DNA from: Rhizaria sp. SCN 62-66
Lineage: Eukaryota
Assembly: GCA_001724265.1 (NCBI GenBank)
Contig: MEDY01000001.1
Coordinates: forward strand, 1-64,000
DNA length: 64,000 bases
Reading direction: 5' to 3'
Below are positions 58,701 to 61,355 of the stretch, in pieces. Positions within the stretch are counted from its first letter, which is position 1; the number at the start of each line of letters is the position of its first letter. The notes under the pieces were generated by a model that saw nothing but the letters and a program-made list of their open reading frames with translations, was not told where the DNA came from and did not search any database. Both the position numbers and the translations under genes were made by a program.

Positions 58701-59295
58701 CGGTCGCCGCGTCACCCAGGTCCGCTGGGTCCGCAGCATCTTTGTGCTCTGATGCTAAGTGCGCTGCCGCGGTGGCAGCGTTGGCGGCGGTGGCGGAGTG
58801 CGCGTTAGCGCCCGCGGCGGTGGTAGTTGCGGAGGTGCGGAGAGCGCCTGTTTCGACGCGGCGGGCAAGGCGGCGCGCGAGCCAGGCCCAGCGGCCCGTA
58901 CTGCCGTGCACGAGGAGCTGGCAGCCGCTGATAGAGAGCGAGAGGCGGCACGGCAGCGCGGTGTCGAGGTAACTCGCGGGCTGACGTACCGCGCGCTCGT
59001 ACCAGTTGATATTCACATTAAGCTGGCCGATAACGAGGGAGAAGTCGGCCGTTGTGAGCTCGAGCTGCGAGAGAAAAATCTTGCCGGCCAGCAACGCGAA
59101 GCCGAAGGCGCCGGTGCGGAAGCTAAGCATGTCGTCGGCGAAGTACCACCGAAGCACGGGCTGTGTGAGCCAGCTAATCACGCGGCCGCGCGCGTGCGGG
59201 GAAATGCCCATCATGTAGAAGAGAACGACCGCGAATAGCACCACGTAGATGGTGTACATCATCGGGAAGTCCAGCTTGTCGTCGATCACGGCCAT
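25717..59295 (-). CDS. BLTP1: Bridge-like lipid transfer protein 1 family (KIAA1109/Csf1/Tweek), 11,192 aa, single exon
   Basis: N-terminal TM helix followed by Csf1/BLTP1-like blocks in the expected order: GAFGFALLAGKIF...NINWYERAVR...LPCRLSLSISG, FPVTSVRVKSLAVVVG, YGAWHDHHRALLQTYFMP, FLNDQIQLLGDLSAHWS, FAPWEMSVTM...ANEAHVL, HGHLARPFWTFMQNYF. C-terminus loosely resembles the family C-terminal region. 33.6 kb stop-free; ends in TAA. Confidence 0.88.
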   Translation of the reverse strand: MAVIDDKLDFPMMYTIYVVLFAVVLFYMMGISPHARGRVISWLTQPVLRWYFADDMLSFRTGAFGFALLAGKIFLSQLELTTADFSLVIGQLNVNINWYERAVRQPASYLDTALPCRLSLSISGCQLLVHGSTGRWAWLARRLARRVETGALRTSATTTAAGANAHSATAANAATAAAHLASEHKDAADPADLGDAATDRDSGDRSDEEDSAALEAFFEFGEGAAAAAAEAALEDAPVAPHARARQHTVSAAAGIAAGAAWSSGARAARRQARSAAHNSAVGGGSSNGNGGAGDGGLSDMLNRHAAEDGDRNNNDEHLSDEDYDDDDDNEDDFDDDYHDHDDDDLDGHGGNDYSNNGANNGDDALSPHNNNYGGGSSGDAPNNAIPVANNKASGGNTAHALWGGLWARHPPRAPAQQTTARARAADSLTSLLRWLTRPAVRAPYTPAGRRAALARRRAAAAPTVLALTATPRGEAGADGQTSNARSKTVLLQVPARQSRSFLAYLGRVLPRPDHWWRCAVAAPAAVAVAPGSAHPAATADRSGGSDALSSPSAEGAAAVRAGAEPGRVLQPLPVATALGGALASLPPLPGFYSWFPVTSVRVKSLAVVVGTVRLPQFFVFKADSVALVHTARITEAADVHGEPDSAAGSAAAADTAEKDAAAGAKDDDAESAREADADVVFGALDMARRLFSAASLRPAAPIANARARGRAAAVAAHTAPGTGVAPSLRLPPRAACPWDFALSPVLVHYTGVSECTLRGAVVYLQSNDAHVPDTAAAAREKARLGELHTACVAASAAAANAVDIHDPAFTAVPTVSEVAAVQSVPVVPTSAVTANTNAGSSAAAASAASAPADASSSSSSASDAVRMSAPSAPLVGPPPHTSDRGAATPSSPQPAQLHAHAQSAVVVGSLPGSLGGSPGTPGLRSKSAATALLGGDSRAPPGGSPGVTGAGAGTASLRAHRAALLQGTRDRRTAAAAADGAAADTAAADATTDTPANTSTAPTMETKLIANSVSEAASQHAEAGAAVAAAEADADAKATVAEDDEDEEEDGAAMPVSRSSTLSSGARSWSNLASSLLSGRARTVAPGFAASPSSTSTSPSAAAAGPSGGLAALPLDLAPAPEVAGASATVVDAVDGDAARKDALTAFHGARPDLPDAPPSLEHAAGSFIASGGSANNGGARPVPASATAAAAAAAANAATTVAAHTAVPAEELDPVEVAVFRQRLILRMHAVAETALRGLAGGDAADDAVIDAADAATRAAAANAPFPTDILRTFVDAVATPFSSLATPYPDVTATFAQPGPLTVPTTGTALGPLGAASAATVASGSVATTSVSASKQVKRIVADPGFEPAVAAATAADAGSTSTRNARFDIPPPPRCPDDVAAPVAAPTGHGPAGSGVARRYDVLTQGSYDVLLPASLFPQLTDEQAPDASGVRIGTVPTMRPVRIDLSPPGQATAAAAMLPLGAPRPYHHVIFSCAELSVRYCVDAPLPLSAVLRKALLLRPQTHAALSAALDAATADAAMADAIEAETSTDDDYSSSGSDSFSSDDGMPADALELGYSPSDFASEFSSAATGPGKSRRRGARAMLAQMTSFPRRALSSLRDSIMTSNLRGVRSRVMGLRRGGKRDAIDGAAATAPLPVALSALASVRGAHRESWSLPTAHAAALAMLFAGPLSPGKVRAACPRTRMMVSFHRPAATEYGAWHDHHRALLQTYFMPSAMENQPVLARADESFEQYAEGRLAAALASANARAWQRAVLSSGANAAGAQNPRRAAAQQRKVREARRDSVRSAAVRGYSDALVALRARGGFPAMPEGEADAAPIDLMYAPYFDMTVDVVFEAASAVALPFAEASRLAQLYPELVDASEPTTADSGTAGLGASPAALWPHANDTGNVTLSLGSSSAIFYVGTANPIHAADCTLMDVQARFRSATVTTSLKHATALTTAVPVALTQAGDATAGDAALAAPEPVEVPASGCVMLDSCDLTMRYTQRYPVNNGAASAAVMAMHAGPLGSGAAPLLDVDAVMDSEVLRPWRAAAASDSQIWPPRVLEPAAPALPPSAPLPADPAAAVPVRVWFLNDQIQLLGDLSAHWSVFGQRRAAQTDLALPYDPRSPLWFAPWEMSVTMTVEQPEVFVLANEAHVLNAANDLLNDTYIMLKGPLLSVAAKIPYLSYTPAHAQAEYSFAADDLSAHVLLPYRHPLARLAVVSPADLPDAPVHAARIPVSVPLRLPVATVGYISKTLGAARMAANADVLAAIQRSEKFGERAPPPQTGSAALLPQTVIAGGSVLVTELDATALTDSALNTTSAATAAATGSSAALGSGAGTGNSGAFSAGIPLPATVRAAAEARSAVQDAVGTDVAEEHDTIAMELELHDAAPGEVSHDDTLAIAATATSEADTNSVETSLLAAAISVTAAASGYGGTDLSFDPADIDTLIEATRAVSPEQVLAGIALSQRASVAELAPVAPVVPPPPPEPTVEPVLDAPSARVDDDDSALVPSSTTAGLGLGLFGLGLAHLPAAAVPSSPAPANASQSVMTSPAKGTRGHAAPLSPIITQVPPPPSVASSGLSLAAGRPSALGPDLEALDAQIQSNVLTAETGLAVVTVRHVAHTLLAVRRFEFGFIQGAERHTVPSHSDIGAQDVTRDCNRIKLSLEGARMSAHGHLARPFWTFMQNYFMGATAAVMEEELVRAGGVNLRSFVESTRAFATDNEQFIATVNAPLAAAAAASGMGRVNVMPRCRLPRHSETKLSVDVAGAAIALPRLLYPSACGPQLDAALPASATTTVIRAETAHVGLFATPQFSQVTVDVSPIVVALPTDAALEAPAPTKPSSSTLSDTDNVADGTQAAVTTVALREGRWRALPPPLPGAAVPQSFKIHPVNSNSTALDTGACVTGIFVSPISLTMTSVFAPDPCRVLVTRRLALAIDSITATVTPAQALALSAVAEAGLAQWDDAVDAAKIVSLSEAEAAAVDPTAVVAAVPRARVVAGTLAAPFPSAQGLAGTSAAVSPMMPPGRARRDSMVPVFAPAMLRTREDIVVSSELQDQFALYQSTLRMSALADVSYEVRLGTFDAHVLLDARANKNTLATPDDDDAPTVNDTSEDDKPERLAPLPLPVSAVGVHVAALRSLRARHRRHHRVRRDAAAAAAAAAAAPAAEETKDDGNEVKAVKRSRRKDARRDATTATPATETANTRTALVAGVTVAIDPTTGVYTVTAPAQTVSQLESARKADSDGFHGSARQQSSRVSSATAGLHTISSPAKGTSASATAPAQPTPLLTVLSVSLREGAEVFHSTAVTETSTSRTIVCAPKVTADYLLRHPTLRVCARGTLEGDALTVSAATAPAMAAAMDQAENDPTVLEPAEECKDGYTKPASHSTRPSGASVKESATQRYNAMRARKAASNVPVGSAKSLDGSATLERSTSVHSTTVSAASSTTAAWVALASVGASLQVEVSSRPSTLPLLRVRQAELLTLPMAGFFAAVRSVGDDSDGAWCQQQEDQLWFNATHHDIQSDMTSLASAAVAARLVGLASRLPPHMRRNFGVALGMLLGPRRKSASNGSRVGSAPLQTESGTDAVMTALAALVQPLLASPAKHGDHDGALHDDIEADMVTPRDFAEWLATPGLPHSVAHAAVKHSAAAVSAATGVVTSSATPQLPQWQPPCTPHRSFQRDVSDPTGAHRLQSYRHHGHPFSTSSPDGASPGFPTLWASPTAAHNVSAVFPFVPQVSEAAVEPSHDPILHHAQSAAHPVLSPVMLSAARLSAPIAHAMTTASANAATVLTQSSSASSSLFLSHGGSYVAGLPQPTVPEGSHYGTDAYVSGATGSMHAIHPDAAFNDVDVAISSGSSPQHSVRALSRASIHSAHRRSGDDIEALPAPNLFASSAGTGEPGSEGSSDAFFEPEALPITRAGVAAVLASASGNASDYANTYNKYFTQFTSPVVSPRRKARRSRQRTSKPNNSLRLPSPPARLPQRPSVNNTSMGNNNDVTNADLSTLATSFAVLIGESAAPAATAVPLRDWSSDSDEFADATALDITLLSSPGVLGLSALSTPLDTMLLASPGSRGGAAQPPPQISTREPWSSSPLRLPPQAHAAHLHSSRKSVSRQQDEATLESSPMPLPTQTSDDVAGDSEFVASGLSLSGAEYAALLSQAHALSLWMRGLRFSPAQQNYVPLTPIHTTHPADGTAPAGVARMPSSSGSPAVFAVDVATFDSLTTLTSNPLYSVSHSSMQHSAALTQTFYADYGLASRVPSAALLSLLPLHRAAASQACFGTSFIPVSGAILASSEASLRAHAAAANSPDLNYLLFSPVAMPLCAFEAVARVRDSVATERLAGVRRMIAGFAAPSGMDSAPRLWLLDSVPPAVVTAVNSFLGLTGVSTSSSAPFVDAYKTASAIAPATLFATQLTRMMRHHALYRALSLSTLAAARANITSPPQAIERMALFTAAVIRTARSLAMPATVSSAVATNTALVDVPFTQPAAYETDLSVSVPTLFVTATPSAALAAADALAAISDATAQDSVEAAIDGLQRRLRSSLAPAAAQYSAQQPQMCFPAARARGRRTLCLYPPPLPLRESMALTVGTVAVELLQSSTVNLAVHPTAATAAIQTALHRKSGVHDIDVPAGASPVISSTATHEQVAESAAKALAALRCPSSFFALHSLWSSSFRFDGLKLGRDLTYSTAPLAASIPNTVPMATLSPGAATQPAVHPSEIINCLLHGTKAPVGMTLRPPNRRSPLESALWILLSPRAPAMLLGSLMHHATVPRSSVPSTLLPAAGSDPHRSALLVMLPPRVRTSVLLGRIHISSALAGLPTAQQLGTVACGGSASLTPPRWLLSQPDLRAAGLTVGPPEPSAPCVLGRDAMPSQRARYQFLALTLNGVDATFTQTRTLRPPPALAAALAQAEAALESFRADAALLTTSTRGLRAALLARRAAVNEINVLRAQDNSGNVFWEVARNAATAAFTTIANAVGATSLVDDNTDIPHDPAARANAYAAATAAADTHTNRARLLWGQCAVLRSRINRQLAAFMTPFGVERTVIASPTTVSAFEGPHQIPSSLTSSLSRVSRAASTRHASSPDDFGATPSPTTVTSLVVSRGMLLPFALAALPAQSQRTLMRQCQHNAIAVSATVGALTVTTSERGLELLLPLVSELRDTATTVSTALATVVTPGERALRIRMATVACMMRRLPDWIWQSGSRARSKSAPSGEWDCISTAAGTSSRASSSSASTESGFSLSDQLRFFAFLNSRAPRSSQGGEGMFGAAAARLLGRVADSYGCHPLVDLNLALANPSSGAQFPLLALSAAGGAAAYDAGWLALPSAAPALLLPQLADLPLDCRDELRRVVAAAAASAADSSAVEDAFHKATPVARATMKLLRSRDPQQQTPTEQLFALTLGEFMRLLPAAIGEGNSGITAPNPFLGDESSAPGVTAPAIIGVPSYADADTDATSHARVPADVSALSARLRSDGAAWGHKVGPVDYILDLRGTTFSIAIIAAGHDTTTHAETVATCARASSLPDSSAVESALFTSVHIEPADMKGSGTSPSSSDNIDAIAVPTRVRIPRLRHAFSYVTRGAHLAFTVAKSSRVSSNMPASGWALPTASLADLSADIGWLTAGTAENDVAASALPTIPISASGALASRIPPWLYLLIARSQYEPAGAVTLLAVTVRGAAESLMVSASGNQSVPPGLPHTHTISPGSILTDSVLALLPHSPSHSSTRRLAHALHSALGADAVVPGVDDDTLLGALKRMVQVVYVDASLASGAGIRIADKHRVTEQSVEDVSPPPMSTVLSAPPTPASEATEGGSAPAPMLRRMTRIWGPKQVSLPHTPSSATASALGSDPRSRGSTIATDVSETLLHRRPVALMRAPTPSASRRHDAFLTPRSSVAAPSPAMSTGYPESRRSSFSRDRRGSEVGSSVATGAKNVGSGTAEVSALGSSSSLGGAAGGGDRATSSSAAAAAEMKRALEYRYRVEVSQIVKSQKERRQAADSGSAAGAATAGRTAWSGRGAGARGEAGAAQARPAAVATAIPVDKSALDLRARRLTRMQRRQVNSMIDFTMEAQRFAQILSVWMNEGWLPTMTADAEAAADAALVATESALGRHVVAGAVHMHFGSVVSVFMGVDALELRFTPRFVFFSANTVAAIQNLSAGDAAAEGASLPRGTEPGYAHWRRTQSAARAASVQHSLNSSADMSQSTDDAPAVAMAEHRRKFFTQPTLSTSSQLPPAMVPTHAPFVHLVSHRKARSFTAAAKPSAGTVTKKPRDEKSQETEEMPATKKTVLQLVSRIFATSALNLHSNFAIKSISTTIASDIGDDAVPSAGVIAAEMTGVSTMLGVYTVPGFVKRLRADAAATEGQQKREEGPIKSQTYLFTTCDQFTLQYLDSPLRSRDKRSVGSTKLTQRVLSALLHPKLRVSNFPAPTASGAHSSVSSPPLRVVALWQTQRMRVNISHAVYAETGVVSSAFADLSVPARHPAWSYAFALPAAFVAATPEDAASAPVRPGCRNLRAGVDIIVSATNQRALVLLTNLLTAREDQYIAPWVDSVLAAQGAVAEATALRTPLSAPLVLLRLPSTTEKSSKETPHDHPDPSVLASPKATQYSISGTHQPLAPGFFASVSETISSLPRLTVSSAPQLNVTENLPDNNAELSTGARFTAALRAASRLRSMGEAASALAESASARASALEELESTGQTWLTYLLPTLTDPLTPIIVAPAVAAAAGIFTPPQAVPEARHLFTRMRLRVQLRSLELTVVPSPVCCFKYNLAAMTLTATRAQAAQAVINLTFGGRNATGHGELAGESSRVHSLSMHFTDGVLPNSSTAPVSPQLSARAPHAVAYSKVAAKRTPSDLRRPTTSRVIGGEAKATTELSWSEWSLQLPRVTVRMAGMRHHESEYAISRFADAIEGINSTPFVTISDDPSVAVHTGSAANSHSFDGLHALERAVLAAHAVEEIARRRLAGMQRLQIKSERKIVTVTDETAAALATARDQVFWVPIKSLPLLTPLPPCLASLPPAALGSLLPDTFTSPRQLWRAAVTDAKTAGTIAADCTADVEPVRTFPVLLKGATQRDRAAAAGRGPLSARAVTAWRAHYRSADALVSYATAVANLPLVLPEVRPGSTLVCTAHSSLTTHASALLRPVVQSVCRPADEKSASAESKASSVWEDVNTLAPLYAASPVLMHSAYVLPSPHDSANMASVDAADVSCSAPATSQRALALVLGNTSLPGVGRVRPLFDSVAPVLGVGLPKLRLPSAEAEAATAAAASAEGALARIVELECDPLAFLLNPLLPPVEVQSSLNAHLRSVAPAPLAPAFFRSPRRALAVNVDVLPDLDELDEAGDAFGASPPWKPPTLPHGTHSSGAAGGKVGSPATSADNTSAMLTEVDCSVTVSHVGAYVSHRIASALVRLYLDMGASLLPKTQATIASVRSHCELQQSLRTATRHPFDIGDDAFSKATASIGSSPGIAVPVMVTDADNAAAKDAAASTGLQSPLSSLDSPSPETAASDSASSPVVETMASIASDSMVKDMFVNLVVRVEGASVRFGTSLLPPSDENAIPTSTILPAMQQQLDVIGSEDADKSEASVSPAVSAAALALRVAPSASMFAETGALTVAVRLHPNPSMRQYRFLLERYGRALAAASEAAASLQRGAELAARALDVVDASALHDVQDAQPLTVAEYLGLTAARDHASKPSLARSVARIHMALTGTAATLAGAAPVLDASAARHDASVAEVYELRRSLRSALLHLSAALARSPAAKTHARRLCALDVLYGRPVAEWSFTLPHTGTAIAATAEEEDAATIAEATAALNSSSEKTLKHMRAADLSKLSVVRDPGYSAGVAALRSELPPRVANRDFIAAVQLWGAEVRATVDEQTDSQPTPGANCASVSRDASSHARLARTPLRCRLNFSAIGCSEASMGLMLADARVHGLASQCYLGTRQLLAVNALAAQYYEESLALWRLRAMRHYASAVEASSVQTPAARDADDTGVGEVSFASTTDASAAPASRTRTANGGSGINESGSSSDVDGLSDLSAVETSLLDPGASLRHSVPDMNDDDTASHALAILPLSSGASEYGSSDVKNTTSGDESYAYSGALSDRGFAVHPGSSHSGASTSGGSRTRSSRSRGSSWVQASESFESATLDTVMAAGLAGLGASFTPLAETLVHLMITESSLTIVMESDFDPGANMSPATVDTASLTKASGVDAAAAARRASKPSVLASDDGAALEATPAINDAPSVSSQPRQRAFLKAYAATRRAVIAEAAAAGRAKAMETSSAEPVSVNKLRVDEAVVPRRPRSVRKPTGPITVNCFLGGIDEAEFVWHMAPPPQAAAAQGRRMLWSQLKAMHQALATRSVTGGTNELGAVTPGATPRFAAAPSPTAARGSSADSDITAGGDRGSYAGSRRSSLVGQRAGSQTGSGSEARNALFTATRAFSSILAGGNADDPTSKALGAIPRDAITMERAWAPQAHEVNSFTLRATVAGVELSLLAPEAASALYRTSAWSMPSVYDSSAAAYNAAANNDARLAEYAERTASKVITIAVSPALANAPLFRTLLHRGFASTLALPASMLIRDDGSPRPQIVAQINTLSHHRRLLARRLLLRVQQLLPRSAPNASRNSVSAPEGATSTAARSTPVVFTVTLPRPDVWHDANSWDANLPTTGAAGDGSFSHDDLTQLLQSLPSVLATNNGNGQVYVPIGGAIGCNVALVPQTAITLTASFPVVRPQSSREAALTFARRMADAHTRAVDLRRRAHENAAAWRARSQLRNRNGTDRSPLPPRSQDADGSALPPLPRAAVASITASGIPPANRAARRPSALAPIDIDLASMTSRRSNVPALAGLSKLSVHSSERQKHRHNRRHGQSSIISSSLASGSTDASTESMMLTMLQNPGALTRPHNQVTAAVSIAFAGLELSVSPSLANHARQIAATGHRLWRQQGALSSLFTWIGNSDAAQTADDLTAVAAAVEATSFDDTIGEVAPAVAGTAPVMDSIKSRRAAVRVEEERARRALNLSLSARIASRPGVLFLHSPAADPSEMLEEGTVNEETMLSAVLAYPLPFVQVSWAYRSIVVRDAAALKRLVHRTLAISSASDDVSTSRDDSANTSMHLDAGTNASGSGGADDAWRKFDGSSDGQDDAQSTANSAISFTTPSMTLEDCLASVQRGPYFAGDGNWVSVSDRSIATATNTPMGIIPPIGAPVPGASSAVASITLGVPVIQFSQQLLHFLFAAHRAHLVSEAARRRAHEDGSARVKQLHAISSVLRNVIRARAHTENVRASVAATASADSATYVKTAGGRFGAATAVSAASGALEGLVRAGVTTLGLTSEGAMIEQRAAAATHARLLAALTNFYFQNDSAVVDTSNDDSSGEQDNPAAAGLAGGAADASASGTAGALDALAAACQTTVDDISSLSELLSSVYVSVAVPHCAVELSADAAFGCHTRRTPLTALHTGYFDAFAAAASAQQRAEDIASGAAGTSRAASTALVASAVLMRPFESNFDMADIFDTSAAVDGPKDSHARHTEHGSDSTSAHIPIDVVRMSLLQPLAVTYSSHTVLTPGSALPTARLDENIELDTETAQTDAETADDALLAQAVSGATAPPLGSVFASQTLASDGDCSDNVLADTEAAPPSALLEPGVPYRLETVSAAAGAVAIQINQRTPNSYLHASGDSVDGIHTEQASNELVDPAATYAMLAGTHLPGSDGGDVTTASLYLAGASLASSWLPGVRRHGLPIATRLAKADMLDIKLFSLPRGDAIVRLARLGAQWNRLAQELVFSVYATEAASQDDTSSAPGETANTTGTAADSFDIDRAAQNYGGEVGDLGVSGADSPKNDASVQDGLDDDHAGDTLPARAGCGGLTRAVVERVVPAELLVPAAASFTALSLRRVQVRAAIPIAGEAGSSAAIIAAAAAAANAAEGVDSAEAAASALANHFAAASGGTPFVLTITAGPVPTTRTDALFDGFDLDDVAHATAAGGAAAAAEALPALRLTLIDEGHGRATVAPCLVPLGLRADLQSATATDDGSLQWAPAALDSAADSLVGSVAASSMLSHWDVLSLPSWTTALTLGDLAVSLAPITATDRDISANGTETVGSPTMHMHPSSPPSLLLPGAAGIPFVITLNVPRGVSLTLSCVPERALARAQLASMTASSAAMMGYRLRTESRAAGIAVEPLIVPLPATDSTQAPIMLPVQLRYDICAPAAWQRYTTRLRRAEMAATTAELALVTALQQQRQSSNTAHLSRSVASLSSETFNTTLLAREAVAASNALVAAVASQMRSVPLRILEPSVTRLVISLPQVDLRLAEADATFFAVASAAADAPPEAPHTGRRRGSLSGRNDIFAGLFSTAHGPVASLHLTHPVSAVAYAPGHTLVSARVQDFVFDMHRGYEPDAVRRALVPVVPAASPAIAATGPLGARLWRWCVDTRSVRSLVPTSQQAPAQPIDPTIMLRAWGHLASAATTAWMALPSGVAGTSAVPVPVASGLAIVAPLLPLSPWPVRVSAASLDGGIVTSELSTDATLLPAPRAALSIGTVTLQAALLQHAILPTRPVSALAAALEADPLAPRLPQQTLEATSSRIVELLGGLSVYAAAVAHAAGAAYAARLNMPTPADDTAPRAVAPDNAASRPKRSESHDSAAPAATAPAHATAGSSVPGAGVGALSVRLGRVGLELTEYSPVPDGQSWLAGVASAGSASQRAATTAALNKFGLHGACLQLSRPQEQRDSKLNIFIVDGGCYYERLPRYDLATAALAEVADNGFEVSSTGDILYTIDVDALDGCVGIGGQESDNPPVGASDSAEWRMLLPSRVASSARAVEVLKIEVGEHVVDAHGPLRFAPLIEVRRADRLNATELAGVNATVPDELPVGALEEFLRQQEMHLDQGLDRRAVRMRMLMQHPVIAVPVRALDSGVADLATGAADYTAGPPLWTRLSARSCRQPRALNTGAQPMLYVYFEAGNRGTGSDVAGTVVKVPPFVLELLACEDARSSSESEQSTAARARLMRFLTWWDGYLDYEPNAKYSRVLSAEGLVGGIAVLLAQVRRFGDLADLAAAVCAGNGTQPLAPSADPAQRAQLPMWRERLCSVAAKFRHAAQDASVAAEPAAAPVSAAAPAAAPWVHVAGSRISEVPLSLIGTSQRLQLLKVTTFVWLRSLLALFAKNSDGDASDAAEVDFDDLVAEQMHKRVAVQLGDLLRMLTPHLIHRNWV

Positions 59296-59880
59296 TGTGT
59301 CCGCTGAGGAAACTGTCGCTGCGACAGAGAGCGGAGCTGGTGGGGTGTGTGTTTAAGAGGGGGTGGCCCCCACGGCAGGGCGGGCGTGTCTGGAGCTCGG
59401 GAGTTCGGGTGTGAAGCCGCCAAGAGCAAGGCTAGTCCAGATAAAAACCTCGTGTGGAACCAGGCTAGCGCTGTCTTGAGGCAACAGCTCGTAAGGAACG
59501 CTGGTGTGGGCGAGATAGCGGGGAGAGATCGGAGACAGTGTTGTAGTGTGAGTCTGAGTCGAAATTAAAAGAAAGATTTAAAGGTCACTATAAAATTTTA
59601 ACAGCATTTTCTTGTACAAAACAAAACATTTTATAGATTTTTGTCTAATAAACTGGTCGCAGCGCTAGTGACGGATGGTACAGATACATATAGCTTTGTA
59701 AAGTTGGCGTGTCCTCGCGACTGCAGCAACTGCCTCAGCTTTCGCGCCTCGATCAGATGGTCCAAACAGAGTCGAGCATGCAGTTCTGATCGTTAACTGA
59801 CTCTGTGAACGTGTGTTTTGACCTAACGCTGTGCTTACATATACTTCTTTTAAATTATGCTTCGCTGAACCCCGCCAAAG
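59296..59880. promoter_or_regulatory. Putative bidirectional promoter between BLTP1 and SLBP
   Basis: 585-bp spacer between divergent ATGs with an AT-rich core (about 59565-59650) including TATAAAA at about 59589. Confidence 0.45.
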
Positions 59881-60973
59881 ATGAGCTATCGCCGGTCCAA
59901 AGATACCGCCGCGGACGGCTACTCCCGCCCGACCCGACTGGACTCGCCTTCGCGCGACGTCAGCGACCCCGCGCCCGGCCGCGCCCGCAGCCGCGACCGT
60001 GACCCGCTCCCTAGCTCTGTTCTTTTTCCATCCGACGCCGCGCGCGACGCCACCGTTGCCCGAGGCTCTGCGGCGACTGGCGCGGGCGCGGCGGCAGCGG
60101 ATGACGATGATGATGCCGTTGCCCCTTCGTTCGGTGAGGTTGTGGCCGGCGCCTCGGACAGCACTGCGCGCATCACGCGCGAGAAGGAGCGCGACCCGCA
60201 CCGTCTCGAGCAGGTACGATAAATCTACACTCCATCTCTGAGTCAAGAACCCGCCGTTGACCTCATGTCGTTGCGTGATAGCAACATATCTTAGCTTTAC
60301 CACACACGGATTCTCTTAATGGCATTTTTATCGTCCATGATTTCCGTATGTCATGTTATCTTACGTTTATTTTATGTGTGTTGAACTTGTATTGACTCGT
60401 CGCTCACTCCAGCGCCTGAAGCAAATCCAGATCGGCAAGAATACTCCCGCGTACTCACGCTACCTGTCACAGGTTCCACGCGCGTCCCGCGACCCCGCGC
60501 TGCGGCTGACGACGCACCCCACGACGCCGCCGCACTGGGTCAAAATGTCCAAGCGCGCGTTCGACGGCCAGATCAACGTCTGGCGCCGCCAGCTACACTT
60601 CTACGACCCGCCGGTGACAATGGCTGACCGTGAGAAGGAAGAGCAGGAGCGGGACGCGCGCCGCGCCGCCGCTGCTGCTGCCAAGGCCGAGGCCAAGGCG
60701 CGCGATGCGGCCGCTGCGGAGGCCGCGCGCGACGCCGCAGCGGCAGCGCAGTGCAGCAGTGACAGCGCGAACCCCGGTGCCGACGACGCCTCTGCCACTG
60801 CGACCGCTGCTCAGACTGCGACTGCTGAGGGCAAGAGCGCGGACGGCGCGGCGGGCGAGGACAAGTCCAAGGTCGCGGAGCCGAAGCTGTCTGCGGCTGG
60901 ACTCACGATCGGCGAGTCCCTTGGCTACCAGCACATTGACTGGACCAACACTGAGGGGCTCTATGACGACTGA
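59881..60973 (+). CDS. SLBP: Histone mRNA stem-loop binding protein, 297 aa; exons 59881-60213, 60413-60973
   Basis: Spliced RNA-binding domain ERDPHRLEQ|RLKQIQIGKNTPAYSRYLSQVPR...HPTTP...SKRAFDGQINVWRRQLHFYDP matches the SLBP signature (RQKQIxxGKNTxxY...HPxTP...SxRxxDxQIxxWxxxLHxxDP). Ends in TGA. Confidence 0.93.
60214..60412 (+). other. Spliceosomal intron of SLBP (199 nt)
   Basis: CAG|GTACGA ... CTCCAG|CGC, phase 0, AT-rich; splicing rebuilds the conserved domain. Confidence 0.9.
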
Positions 60974-61355
60974 GCATCAACAGGGACAAACTTCCCGTAT
61001 TAGATTTAGTATGTACGAGTACAATATAATGTCCATGTATACGATTTGATTGTGCATTCTCGGCCGGCCATGATGAGACTTTTGCGGAGAGTGTTTAAAA
61101 ATGCGGGCCACTGTATGACATAGTACAATAGCCACTAGCTTTCATAGTTTCAATAAAACACAACTAAAAGTATAGCCACAAGAAAGAAAAATATCATATT
61201 GTCCAAATATAGACGTACGTGTTTATTTAGAATTAACGATTTGAACGTGTCCAAAAACTCACTTATCGATAGAGAGTCATAAAACCCTCGCAATAAGAAA
61301 ATCCTTTCCACACGTCCAGCAAGCAGGCAATGCTTCGTGCGTTTCACCTTCGCAT

